A DNA stretch of 64,000 bases, taken from NCBI GenBank assembly GCA_013115125.1, contig JABANN010000117.1, positions 1-64,000 of the forward strand, written 5' to 3'. Every line of letters begins with the position of its first letter. Position 1 is the first letter of the stretch. The DNA is from Perkinsus olseni. Taxonomy: Eukaryota. The notes below the pieces were generated by a model. It was not told where the DNA came from and made no database searches. It saw only the letters and a list, made by a program, of their open reading frames with translations. Positions 38,001 through 49,618 of the stretch are shown piece by piece. A program made the translations under genes and the position numbers.

Positions 38001-39735
38001 GCTGACTACTTCACAGCCAAAGCCTTCGATGAGGAGTGAGGCCTGCTTTCGCGTATACGCCTTCGTCGCGATCAATTGACGTGTTCGAACAGATACTCGT
38101 ACACTCTAGAGTGCCCACAGTATCGCCCGCCCGACGGCGATGGCAGCTACGAAGACTGTAAGGCAGTTCGACGACGCTAAGACGTTCCTCTCACGTCTCG
38201 CCACCTGCAGTCCTGGAAGCCATCAGAAGCCTCCCTGCGATCACTGATCCTCGAGTTTTCGGATTCCACCCCAACGCTAACTTGACTAAGGAGCAGAACG
38301 AGGCATTCGACCTGATGAAGGCGGCCCTACTAATGGTGAGTCCTGCAGCTTACCTATCCCTCTGTACCGCTGCCTCGGCTAGGGTTCACAAAGTGGAGGG
38401 GCCGGAGGCGGCAGCATGAGCCCGGAGGAGGTGGTCGGCGCCATCAGTGCGGATATCCTGCAACGAATGCCCAAGCCGTGGAGGGTGAGAGCCTGCTCCG
38501 GACGATCGAGTGGACTCGGCAGCGGTTTTGGTCTCAGGTGGAAGACGTCCAGGAGTCCTTCCCTATGACCTACACTGAGAGCATGAATACCGTCCTGGCA
38601 CAGGAGCTCACTAGGTGGGAAGGGGTGCGAGGTGCCTTCACGGTGAAGTCACAATGACAGATACAATGGTTTGATCAATGTTATTCGTGAGTCCCTGGCG
38701 GACATACAAAAAGCAGTGAAAGGACTCATACTCATGTCGCCACAGCTGGAGGCGGCATTCCACTCGATCAACGATGGCCGTAGGAAGCGACTGTCACAGG
38801 AAGGGCTGCCTCGCTCCATTCCTGAGCTCAGGGACGCCCGAGATGTGGATGGCCAAGTCCTACCCGTCATTGAAGCCCCTCGGCAGTTACGTCAATGACC
38901 TGATTGAACGGTCAGAAATTCACACAATTCTGCTGCCTTCAACTGCCGTGTACATTCTCCAGGCTCCGAAACTTCCAGTCGTGGGTCGACGGCGGCAAGA
39001 CACCACACTTGTTCTGGTTCTCTGGATTCTTCTTCACACAAGCCTTCACCACTGGGGCGTTACAAAATTACGCAAGAAAGCAAGATTTCCTTCCGTCTTG
39101 AAAATTTCCAGAGCTATCAAGCAGGTATACAATCCCTATTGATACCGTTGACTTCGACTTCGAAGTTGTCAGCGGCACGCCGGAGAAGGCCCCCGAGGAC
39201 GGAGTCTATATGTGAGGTTCAGTCTGTCCAGAGAAGGTTAATGAGGCATTGCTCTCATTCAGCCATGGACTCTTCATTGAAGGCTGCAAATGGTCAGAGG
39301 ATGCGTGGACTCTAGCCGAGAGTGATCCGAAAGTGAGCGTCTCGGCACTTGTCTGTTTCACAGCTCCGGAAGCAGGTTCTATTCGTTGAAGCTCCCAGAT
39401 TGTGGTTGAAGCCCATGGTGGGGTCGGAAATGAATCTGGACTACCCACATTACAACTGTCCACTGTAGGCTTTAGTAGTTCAAGCTCATGCTCATTATAA
39501 CGTGTACAATCGCAGGTATAAGATCAGCAGCAGGAGAGGAGTACTCGCCACCACTGGTCACAGTAAGGCCATCCTCTCTCTCGCTCTCCTGGGGCAATAT
39601 TTTCCGCTGAGACTCAGTACAATGATGATCTCATCAGGTACGAATTTCGTAATGTACATGCGCCTGCCGAGTGAGATTCCTCAAGCCCATTGGATAAAGC
39701 GAGGAGTAGCAATGTTGACTCAACTGGACAGTTGA
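23053..39735 (+). CDS. Axonemal inner-arm dynein heavy chain (DNAH3/7/12-like) with an N-terminal HU-CCDC81-like extension; many exons
   Basis: P-loops [24 protein letters not shown] and [25 protein letters not shown]-terminal RYNYYV...RKAIVDY; C-terminal [15 protein letters not shown]. Joining of 23053-25200 to the rest is inferred. Confidence 0.93.
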
Positions 39736-39792
39736 TGGTCATTGTCTGTCATGCATACCCCCAAGTTGTGGTTGCCCTCATTGGTTCTGCGT

Positions 39793-40701
39793 TATGAGTG
39801 GAGAAGAGAATCAGTTCGTAGCAGCTCATCCGTGCACATCAGCACATCGGCAAGAGTCACTAAGCCGGGATCGGCGCTGGACGAAAAACTCATACACACT
39901 CATCTTTGCGGAACTCACAGACCAGAATAGCGAATGACGACAAGTGCTGTGACTCACAGCCTGTGAGCGAGATATTCTGGTATACGATGGCAGCGGCTCA
40001 CGCCGCGGTGGAGTTTCGAGACACTTAATCGTTCGGCATCGCTTGATTGCTGTTGAGCGAACGCAGATTCTAGCGAGTCTCGAAGGCACTCCCTGAAACA
40101 ACTCGAGCTGATCGATGATAACACCAACGTGACTTGGCGAAATGAGCACAGTAGCGTGAGATCTAGAGATCTTGGGAGGCGGGGGTTGACACTGCCCTTG
40201 GTGACTGGTGACACTCCCCTTGGTGACTGGTGACACTGCCCTTGGTGACTGGTGACACTTCCCTTGGTGACTGGTGACACTTTCCTTGGTGACTGGTGAC
40301 ACTTCCCTTGGTGACTGGTGACACTGCCCTTGGTGACTGGTGACACTTCCCTTGGTGACTGGTGACACTCCCCTTGGTGACTGGTGACACTCCCCTTGGT
40401 GACTGGTAACACTGCCGTTGGGGACTGGTGACAGACTGTCACTGACAGTGTGTCTTGTGAAAGGAGACCATTTGCAGGCGACTACGAGCCAATGGCTGGA
40501 ATTAATCAGGCGATAGTCGCTGACCGTGATGAGATGTCCACACCGCCCTCACACCAATTCCTGCACTAGCTCTCGTTACCCATGGCAGTAGAACCGCGGA
40601 ACACACCGCACAGGCTACTCCCGTCCCCATACTAGAAAGCAACACCATCACTAGTCCGTATGCAGTAGCGTAGCAATGGTTCAATATGGTACAACACATC
40701 T
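39793..40701 (-). CDS. Possible small hypothetical gene whose intron contains the 22-bp minisatellite
   Basis: Exon-like pieces join in frame across GT-AG gaps (...[22 protein letters not shown]...HRL|ADPGLVTLADVLMCTDELLRTDSLLHS*). No known motif. Confidence 0.3.
40188..40429. repeat. Minisatellite, 11 tandem copies of 22 bp (gacactNyccttggtgactggt)
   Basis: Counted directly. No spacers; variation is confined to unit positions 7-8 except in the degenerate last copy. Confidence 0.97.
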
Positions 40702-40730
40702 TATACAAAGGCAAATGACGAGGAGGTCAA

Positions 40731-43165
40731 TCAGCCTCCAGCTTGCACTCTTGCTCCAGAGGATGCCTTGACAGTAGCGCCGTCAGCCTTCACTTCTGCA
40801 GTAAGCTTAGCAGCCAGATCATGACTAGTCCTTCGTTTCTTCTTCTCCTTCTTTCTCGACTTCTTGCTCTTTCGACTAGTCGCAGCTGATCGGGCCTTGC
40901 TCTGCGGTGACGTACCTCCCGCCAACGCTACCGGTCGAACGGGCTTGAACACACTCATATCTGGGGCGCTGTAAGTACTGTAATCGGAGAGCTCGGCCGG
41001 GTCTATCTCTCTCTCGGCAGACTTCTTCTCAGCTAGGGCTACGGACATTGGGCGACAACCCCAGCTCCAGTCTCTAAAAACCCATTCGGGCCGCCAATCA
41101 GCCAGAGTGGTGTCATCGTTGGTCTCCAACACCACCACGTTGCGGTCCTTGGTGAGGCCAATGTTGAGCTTCTGGCTCTGACCATCGGAGGAGGTCTCGG
41201 CCCGAACATACTCGCTCCTCCCAACAACAGCGCCATCACGTTGGTCAAGGCGATTGTAGCGGACCGCGCTCGCCGAGAAGTTACCACAGGCTTCGACGGG
41301 CGGGCCTTTAAGCCGCTCTAGGCCCTCCTTAAGACCTCGAAGGACAAACCGACCGCGAGAAGTGCTGCCACCAGATACACCGCTGTTGTCGGTTCCCCGA
41401 GTAGCGCTGGGTAAAGGCTTCCTCGAGGACAACCCACCACCGAACTTAGTGCTGGTGATGGACAACCCAACTAGTGGCGAGGGCGCTGGGGCCACCGAGG
41501 GGCTGGACTCCGGGACTGGTCGGGCCGCAAGGCCAGTAGTAGCGCCGACCGAGTGGCCCTCATAAAGTTTCAAAACCAATGCAATTTGACAAAGTGTTCT
41601 AAAGGCCGTGGGATCTGCAATAAGCGGGCATACGTAACCATACAGTTTGAGATGCCGAAGGGACCAACACTCTCGAGCGTCACGGCGTGAATGGAAAGCC
41701 AGGTAACCGCATTTAGCCGGAATGACCGAGCCACCGAGACCAGATGCTCTGACGACCACAGCTTTCTCAAGGGCGTCACGCGCCCGCAAATGCCGAGGAA
41801 TAGCCTCCCTGGCGGCACGCAAGAAGGTGTCGTCCGACGTGACCAACTCGGGTAATCGCAGCACGCAAATTATCCGACAGTCAACGTCGTTGGGCCAGGT
41901 TTCATGCCAAGCCCCATCCGCTGCTGCAGAGCCGTAGGACACTGTAGGCGCCACTGCCGTCTGACCCCGGGCGTTGGAAACAGCCCGTGGAGCGAATTCG
42001 CGCCTTAACAAGATGCGCTCCTCGAAAGTAGCCTCTCCCCACTTGACGCTAGATAGCCATGCCGGATCGCGTAGTGGTCGTGCAACAGCATCAGGCACAT
42101 ACTTCCGGGGGCAGTCGCAGCTCAGCTCCAACACGTTGCCCTTCTGAACAGTAGCTCGGGGGTCCTGCCGTATGGCCTTGCCGAACTCAACCACTGGCTT
42201 GGGCTTCCGGGCAGGGACGACGGGCTGAGCCTTAGCATCCAGAGGTGGGCTGGTAGGAGACTCCTCCGGCCCAACCTGCCGCTTAGGAGAGGGACGGCTG
42301 GACTCCCGGTGGCGTGGTCGACTATCTCCACGACTGTGATGTACTTGATTGTCATCCGTGCGGGTACGCAAGTCGCCCCGCTTGTCGGGTCGGGGGGCAT
42401 CCCTGCTGCCACCAGTCTCTCGAGAGCTGCTGTTGACGTAGTGCAGTGAGGAAGAGTCGGAGGGCGCTCGAGAGGTGCGGACGTCGTAGTAGGATCCTCC
42501 ACCGCCTGGCCGGTCAGAACGGTCTTCTCGCCGCCTGAAACGGGACGTGCCGCCCTGAACGCTGGCAGAACGACCAATCTTACCTCGGCCTGTAGTCCTC
42601 GCTATCACGCCTACGATAGTCGTCACCATCACGTCGCCGATAGTCGTCGCCATCACGTCGCCGATAGTCGTCACCATCACGTCGCCGATAGTCGCTGCTG
42701 TCCCGCCGCCTGTAGTTGTCGCCCTCCCGCCTTCTATGCCTGTCTTCAGGGTAGAAGGAGTATCCTCGAGAGGGTGAGGATCCCCGAGGCTCTCTGGACC
42801 CATACCGATTCCGACGAGAGCTACTGCCGCTACCTCCGCCTTCGCGGTAGTAGTGCTGAGCAAAGCGGCAAGCGCTCAGCACAGAAAAAGGAAGCAGTTG
42901 GACCTACCTCATCCGTGGAGCTTCGGCGGCGACGCTCTACTCCGCCATCGCGGCTTCGAGACCTCTGGCGTTGATGACGGGACGAGGGGCGGGGGACGAC
43001 ATCATCGGCCATCGATCCCCGGACTCGGCCCTCGCCCCGTGGGGGATCAGCAGCAGCAGAAGCAGTGCTCTCGGCGGTGCTGCCGCTGCCCGCTGGGGAC
43101 CTCGATCTCGTCCGGGACCGAGTCGACGAGCCCATAAGAGGAAGAGGAGCTGCGAAGGACATCAT
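40731..43165 (-). CDS. RS/RD-rich putative RNA-binding or splicing-related protein (about 3 exons)
   Basis: RSRSRS and DYRRRDGD repeats at the N-terminus, an RRM-like segment CGYLAFHSRRDARECW, and a basic NLS-like KSKKSRKKEKKKRR. Confidence 0.6.
42592..42731 (-). repeat. Coding 24-bp tandem repeat (about 5-6 units, DYRRRDGD)
   Basis: gatagtcgtc(a/g)ccatcacgtcgcc repeated on the + strand with degenerate outer units. Confidence 0.85.
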
Positions 43166-43813
43166 CAATTAGCAAGTGAGCCATACCAAAACAAGAGGCC
43201 AACGCATTAACGGTTACGAAAGGGTACTTGAGAAATATGGTGCAATGGGGAGACAGGCGTGGGCAGCAGCAGCAGCAGCAGCGACAACCATCACAACTAT
43301 AAGACTCGACCTCAAGGAGAGGTATCCAAGACAAGGGAGCGCTTGACCAGGAATAATCCACCAACGGCACGACGCCGTCCAAGGTCGAAGCATAGAACAA
43401 CACATAAACAGCAGCGCTAGGAGGTAGTGGCAGTGGCTACCCCAACGAGCAGGGCCCAGCAACGGCAGTAATGGCAGGAGGGAAAGAAGAGGAAGCTGGT
43501 GCCGGATAGGTCATCAAAGGGGGCGGCAAGCAAGGGGTAGTAGTAAGACACACGACGGTAGGGCTTGCGCATGATGAAGTGCGGTAGTAGTAAGTTGGAG
43601 GGCCGTGAAGGCCTCCCTCCCCCGAGTAATGACGGGATGCAGCAGCGACGGGGCGGAGGGCATACCGATTCGTTAGGCTTCTCAACGTAGAAGCCGATGA
43701 CAAGAGGCGACGACGACGAAGAGGCTCGAGAAGTGGCCGAGGGACAAGGTTTCCAATATTAATATGTACAACGATACGAAGGTAGGGGGGGGCTGAGAGA
43801 GGGCCTCAACCGC

Positions 43814-45982
43814 CTAGGATGGGCTCCTCTTCTTCCTCTTCTTATCGCCGGGGATAAGGATTCCTTCTACGCACCATTGCGATAGGGGACACTACTGCCG
43901 TTGTTGTTGTTGTTGACTTGAAGGGGGTGCACAGACCTCACCTTTTTCATCAACCGTTTCCTCCTGTATAGGGGTAGGAGGCTGACTCGTGCTCTGCCGC
44001 TTGGACATGCCAGAGGGCACAGAGGACGGCCAGGATGCGCCCCACGCTGCCAGGCCGGCCAAGTCACCGTCCAACCCGACTGCTGCCGCTGCTTGTGGTG
44101 GCGGTCCACCCATCGGCATGAAAGGAGTTGCCATCGGGGGAGGAGCCGCAGTGCCGTAGGAGCCACGAGAAGCGGCAACCGTCGTAGGGATCTGACCAGC
44201 AGCCCCCGCAGCAGCCTGCATCTGCAGGAACTGGACCAGCGGGTTGGGCGTCTGACCGAAGTTCATATCTCGATGGAGGTAGAGTGGGCTAGCCGGGGTG
44301 TCGGGTATCCAATCAGGCCTTCTTGCAGCAGGCACTGCCGGACTCGGGCTCGGATGGAGATTCTCGGGTATCTTAGGCTCGAGAGTTGGGGCCTGAGGGG
44401 TGGGCGGGACCTCCTTGTTAGCTGCCGCAGTGAGGAGCTGAGCTAGTTGACCCAGGCAGAGGTGCGTGTCGTCGGGCAGATCTTCGAACCCAGGTGGGGG
44501 CGCAACTGCGGAGTCAACCAGCGATCCCACTTCTGGCGAGAATGCCTTCTTCTTCTCATCGGGGGATTTGCTGCTGCTGCTGCTCGAAGGCGCCGCTGCT
44601 GTTGCACGACGACCATCATCCGGCGAGGAGCTCGCGGTTGCATCTGTGCAGAGGACAGCATGTGGAGACATGGCACGATGGCACCCTGTTACCTTGCTGG
44701 GCGATGGCGGGAACGCCACCACTACCACCGGACGGCGTGGTGTGATACTGGCTTGCCCTAGACGGCACTTTATCATTCCTCCATATGCTTCCCGAATCCA
44801 CTCCGAACGATCGCTGCATGCTATCCTTGGCATTGATGTCGTACTGCGGATGGCTTGCTGCTGCTGCCGCTGGTCGGCGCTGTTGAGTGTGTTGTCCCCA
44901 TGCTGAGTCGATCGGCTGACGCTGATCTCTGTAAGACGGGATAGGCCCTCTGTAGTAAGAGTCTGCGCCTCTACTGTAGCCTCTACTCCTGAACAACAAG
45001 CCAACGTCATTAGCATCCCGAGGCTCGTGAACAGAAAAGGGAACCCCGACCTACGTCCCGTTGACGGTGGAGGCTGACATTCTCTCTTGCTCCCGCTCGG
45101 CTGATTGACCATGGGTGACATTAGAAGTATCCTGACTTCGCTCTGGCTGACGATGGGGAGGGTTGACGCGATCGTCCAGAACCTGCAGCAGCGCGTGACA
45201 ACAGCGGTAGCGAGAGAGCGTACCGTACCTTGAGTACGTGAGGGAGCTTGCCACGCTCGTCCACCGAGGGGTTCGGAAAGGCGACGAATTGCAGATGGTC
45301 GCCGATCTTCAGGGCACCCCGCCAGTCTATGAGATAGAAGCGGTGGCCAACCATATCGTGGTGCCGTTGTGAGCCGGTCGACCGTTGACCTGCGAAAAAG
45401 GTGCGCTGAATCCGCCATCCTCTAAAAACCCGAAGTCTGCCTGCTTCCTCTATTATTACCATGCGGGTGCTGCAGATCCTCTAACACGGTCAGTTCCCAA
45501 AGGAGACCGCCACACTGCCTGATAATAGTACCGGTCATCTGCTTCTTCCGCTGACCCATAGAGCTCCAATTGCGGACGTCTTCGGGCTGCGGGGCCTCAG
45601 GGAAGGCCTGATGATAGTAGTCCATCACGTTTAATATAGTGACCTCCTTAGGGTCAGCTGGCAGGTTAAGATCCTTGCACTTCGGGTAGCCCAGGGTCGA
45701 CTGGATGTCAACGTAGATGCCGTGCCAGTACTTGAGCACGTTGTAGTAGAGAGTGTCGTCAGTGACGCCTTCCCAAGTCTCCCGTAGGGCAAGCTCGAAC
45801 GCCTTTTTGCAGCTCGGACAGAACATAGGGATGCTCTTGGGCGTCAGCTGCTTCCACTTTCTCCTGCACAGTGGGTTAACGCATACCAAGTAACGTGGCA
45901 CAAAATTGGCCTCTCCGAGGGGGTCGTCGGCCGGCTTCAACTCGTTAGATGATGTAAAGGCCATATCGCTTTCACTTGCCAT
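43814..45982 (-). CDS. Hypothetical protein with Cx4C...CxxC zinc motif, possible OB-like segment, low-complexity tail and C-terminal NLS (about 6 exons)
   Basis: CVNPLC...CPSC in the first exon; exons join through GT-AG introns to the last exon EGILIPGDKKRKKRSPS*. Confidence 0.6.
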
Positions 45983-46278
45983 TGGCTGAAGAAAAAAGCC
46001 TGAGGGAGAGGTGCCTGCTGCAGTACGTAAGTGGAGGAAGAAGAAAGAAAAGAGCCAGGTGACGGACCAATGTCGATCGCGCGCGCCATACTGATCGATA
46101 TCGCATTTTGGGTTGAGAGGCCAATGGTTGGGTTCGGCTTCGAAAGGACTTCATCGCGAAGGTCGTCTCGGCTCCGTCGATTTCATGCTACTAGCGAGAA
46201 AGGAGCTAGAACGGGCCATTTGCGGAGGAAAAGAGTCGACCTTGGATACTTCCTTAGTGGATCATTACCTGATTTGCC

Positions 46279-47780
46279 ATGAGTGCGGCCTCGTCTGTTT
46301 TGCTATCTCCCAGCCATCAGTCCGTCGGTTCACCAGGCAGTACTGTGAAGCAGATCAGCGCCAATGCCCCCATCTTCGACGGTGCCGACACTTTACAACT
46401 GCCTCAGGTAGGAGGGAGGGCACGCATGTTGATGATCTCCTGTCGGCCTTCAGGCGATCACTTCGGCAGTCAACGGCGTCGAGAAGGACTCTACGCCAGC
46501 TTCCTCTAATGGGACTTCTACTACAAGGGATGTCCCCGGTAAGAGCGGGCTCTGCCGTTCTAAAATGGAGCGTGATCGCGCGGTCGTAAATGAGCAGGTT
46601 TCGATCCTGCACCGTCGTCATTTGTCTCAACACCACCGCCAACCCCGTCGCCGTCCCCACAGTTGCCCAATGCCTCTTTTCCAGAGACTTTCGTCATCGG
46701 CGTGGCTGGTGCCTCCGCAGCCGGCAAGACTAGTCTATGTGCTGAGATCATGCGGAGGTTGGGAGCAAAAAAGGTAGTTGGAGTAGTCATGTAGTGCACA
46801 CTGAGACCATATCTCGCCAGACTCGTACTGTTACCTTCTCGACCGACCAATATTACAGGACTCTATCCAGAGAGGACCATGAGGTTGCGCTGAGAGTAAT
46901 ACGATCATGGCTCCTGCTGCTAAGTCGATGGCGTTGCAGGGCGACTTCAACTTCGACGATCCGAAGCGGCTCGACTTTGCGCTCATGCGGAAGCATCTCT
47001 TGGCGTTGAAGCGGAAGGACCCAGTGGTCTAGTAATGTCTTGTCGTCGTGTTGGTGGTTCCTGGGAGTACCTGCTGCCTCTCGTTAGCGTGCCGGAATAC
47101 GACTTCGTCTCTCATACCCGAACAGACAATGCTACGGTCATCCACGGGGCGAAGGTGGAGGTCGTTATTGTGGAGGGAATCTTTGCCCTCTACGTCCCAG
47201 AGCTCCAAGATGTGAGTGTCTTCTCTTGCAACATGGTGATTGATAGAGGGTCTGCTCAGGTGCTAGACATGAAGGTCTTCACGCAGGAGGATGCCGACCT
47301 TTGCCTGGTTCGACGGATCAAGCGGGATTGTGGAGAGAGAGGCATCTCAGTGGATGCTACTTTAACTCAATACGAAGCGTAATAACAGAGACTAGAGCGT
47401 CGTTTTCATGATGGCGTGTACCCTCCTCGAACGGTTTTCGGTTTTTCCTAGGCTCGGGTCTATTCTTGTTGTCTTTCCCTTCTGGGACTCTCCTGACCGG
47501 GCTTGTGTCTTAGGTTTGTGAAGCCGGCGTTTGAGGCATTCATCCAGCCATCCGCGCGGAATGCGGACATTATTGTTCCCAATGCTGCGGTTAACAACGT
47601 AGGGGTCTTCGAGCTCGCTGTGGTGGTGAAGGTCCTGCTTCTCGCTAGGTTGCGATCAGCCTCCTAGTACAGTGGATCGAGTCGAGACTCTCCAATATTA
47701 GGAGCGCTAGTGTCTCTGTGGCCTCGGAGCCCGTCGAACCCGCGCCGCCGAAGCTGGCGGTTAAGGCACCGAGCGACTAG
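46279..47780 (+). CDS. Uridine(-cytidine) kinase, multi-exon
   Basis: FVIGVAGASAAGKTS, DQYYR, FNFDDP, VPEYDFVSHTR, IVEGI, RRIKRDCGERG, FVKPAFEAFIQPS and ADIIVP. Confidence 0.93.
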
Positions 47781-48741
47781 ACAGCAGCCCCTTTTACGAC
47801 TAGAAAAAGAGAAATGATGATTCTTCACCCTTAGCCGCGGCGGCGGACACCAACACCGCCTCCCCCTCCCGCATGCCGTCGTCCACCTCTATACTATGTT
47901 TTCCCTCATGTTGCATACAACTACTACCACCATGATCGTCAACACTTGCCAGTCTCGAAGGCTTGATGTAAATGCTTGTGTAGTGCTGCCGCTGGGACTG
48001 AGGAGCCGTGCAAATTACATGGCCCTCTGCCTCCTGCTGTTTGGCACTATCTCTGTTGCTGTTGTTGTTTCTCCTTACTCATCTCCTACTACCCAATCGA
48101 CGTCTACTCTACTATGCATCCTACTGTTGTGCTGCTACTGCGGTGGGGTCGTCAGTCTAGCGGTTGTCTTTTGCATGTCCGCCCATGGCCTAGCAGCTAG
48201 TGTGAGCGAGGTCCCCCTCAGGCCATCGCTTGCTGGAAGCATCCATTGCTACGAGCTTGGTAAGGCACGGACTAGGTTACCGTTTGTAGGTTCTCTTTTC
48301 AATTGCAGCATCAGTGGCCCGGCGGAGTCGTATTCACTGCGCTCGTCATACCTGATAGTTGCGGGAGGCGGTGTTCTCACTTCGATTCGATAGTCTGGAA
48401 AGTGTGGGATTGGCAAAGCCGGTGAGCAAGCGGAGAGCGTTGGCGGGATACGGGGCTTGGTGGGGATGTCAAGTACAGCATGGAGCCGCTCCCACTTTCG
48501 ACAACCTCCGCTTCGCGCAGCCTCCTTAACTGGGACTCCTGGCGGCCCAGAACCCGCCTAGGTGCTGTGGCAGTAGCTAGGGCTTACGGTGGTGTGCCTA
48601 AGTTGGTGCTTTTATGGTACTCATGCTGTTCATTCTCGTTGTTCTTCCCCTGCTGTTTCCCCTGGATTCTCTGATAGTGTTGGGTGAAGTCCCTGCTCAA
48701 TCATGCAGTCGGTGAATCCCGATCGTAGCTTACTCTCCTCA

Positions 48742-49454
48742 ATGGCATCATTTGCATCCCGAAGGCTGCAGAAGGAGCGAGCGGAGTGGCGGAAAGACCA
48801 TCCCTTTGGATTTTCTGCGAAGCCGATGGCCAACCCCGACGGAAAGGGTAATTAAAGTGCTCAATATCTGCTGTCACGTCGTGGGTAGGTCAGAACCTGT
48901 TTCGCTGGATTTGTGGTATTCCTGGTAGGGCCGGAACACCGTGGGAGGGCGCAACGTGAGCTGGGGGGGGGTCTTGCTTAGTGCGGCTGAGGCTATGGTG
49001 GGGGTAGGTACAAATTAACTATGGACTTCTCTGAGGACTACCCGGGCAAACCACCGAAGTGCAAGTTCGTCTTTGTCAATGGCAAGGTCCTCTTCCATCC
49101 GAACATCTACCCCTCCGGGACTGTTTGTTTGAGGTGGGTCCTGCTCTCATTTTGTGGACGAGTATCGGATGGAGTGGTATGGGTTTTTAGCATCCTTAAC
49201 GAGGACGAGGACTGGAAGCCGTCTATTACGATAAAGCAGATCTTGTTGGGGGTCCAGGATCTTCTTGATAACCCCAACTCTGCCAGCCCTGCTCAGGCGG
49301 AGCCGTTCCAGCTCTTCACGCAGAATAAGGAAGAGTATGCCCTCGAGGGGAATTGAACCCGGGACCTCCTACGGATTGTGTGTACAGGTATCTCCGCCGT
49401 GTGAAGCAGCAGGCGAAGGACGTAGCCAACGGGGGACAGAAAGTAGCTCATTAA
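48742..49454 (+). CDS. UBC9: SUMO-conjugating enzyme E2 (5 exons)
   Basis: [69 protein letters not shown]. Confidence 0.96.
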
Positions 49455-49618
49455 AGAGAATAACATTCAAGCCGCGTCAATGGTTACACTGCAGCGGCCA
49501 CCCTTTCCTGGGTCGAGGCGTAGCGTTGGGGGGCCGGAGCAGCAGGGTGGGGGCGGGGTAGGAGAATGGGACCTTTTGACTGCGGCAGCTTTTCCGTATA
49601 ACTGTGGTAGTGGACTTC

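Noticed and set aside
40188-40429. CRISPR array, or repeat-protein ORFs (SPVTKGSVTSHQG...) in three minus frames
   Set aside because: Units are contiguous with no unique spacers and no cas genes are present. The ORFs arise because the 22-bp unit lacks stops on that strand.
43892-45418. Single 508-aa ORF
   Set aside because: The N-terminal half runs through introns and off-frame exons; only the Pro/Ala-rich last part is likely coding.
47896-48393. 165-aa hydrophobic ORF between uridine kinase and UBC9
   Set aside because: Low-complexity, T-rich UTR-like sequence with no motif; not supportable as a gene.
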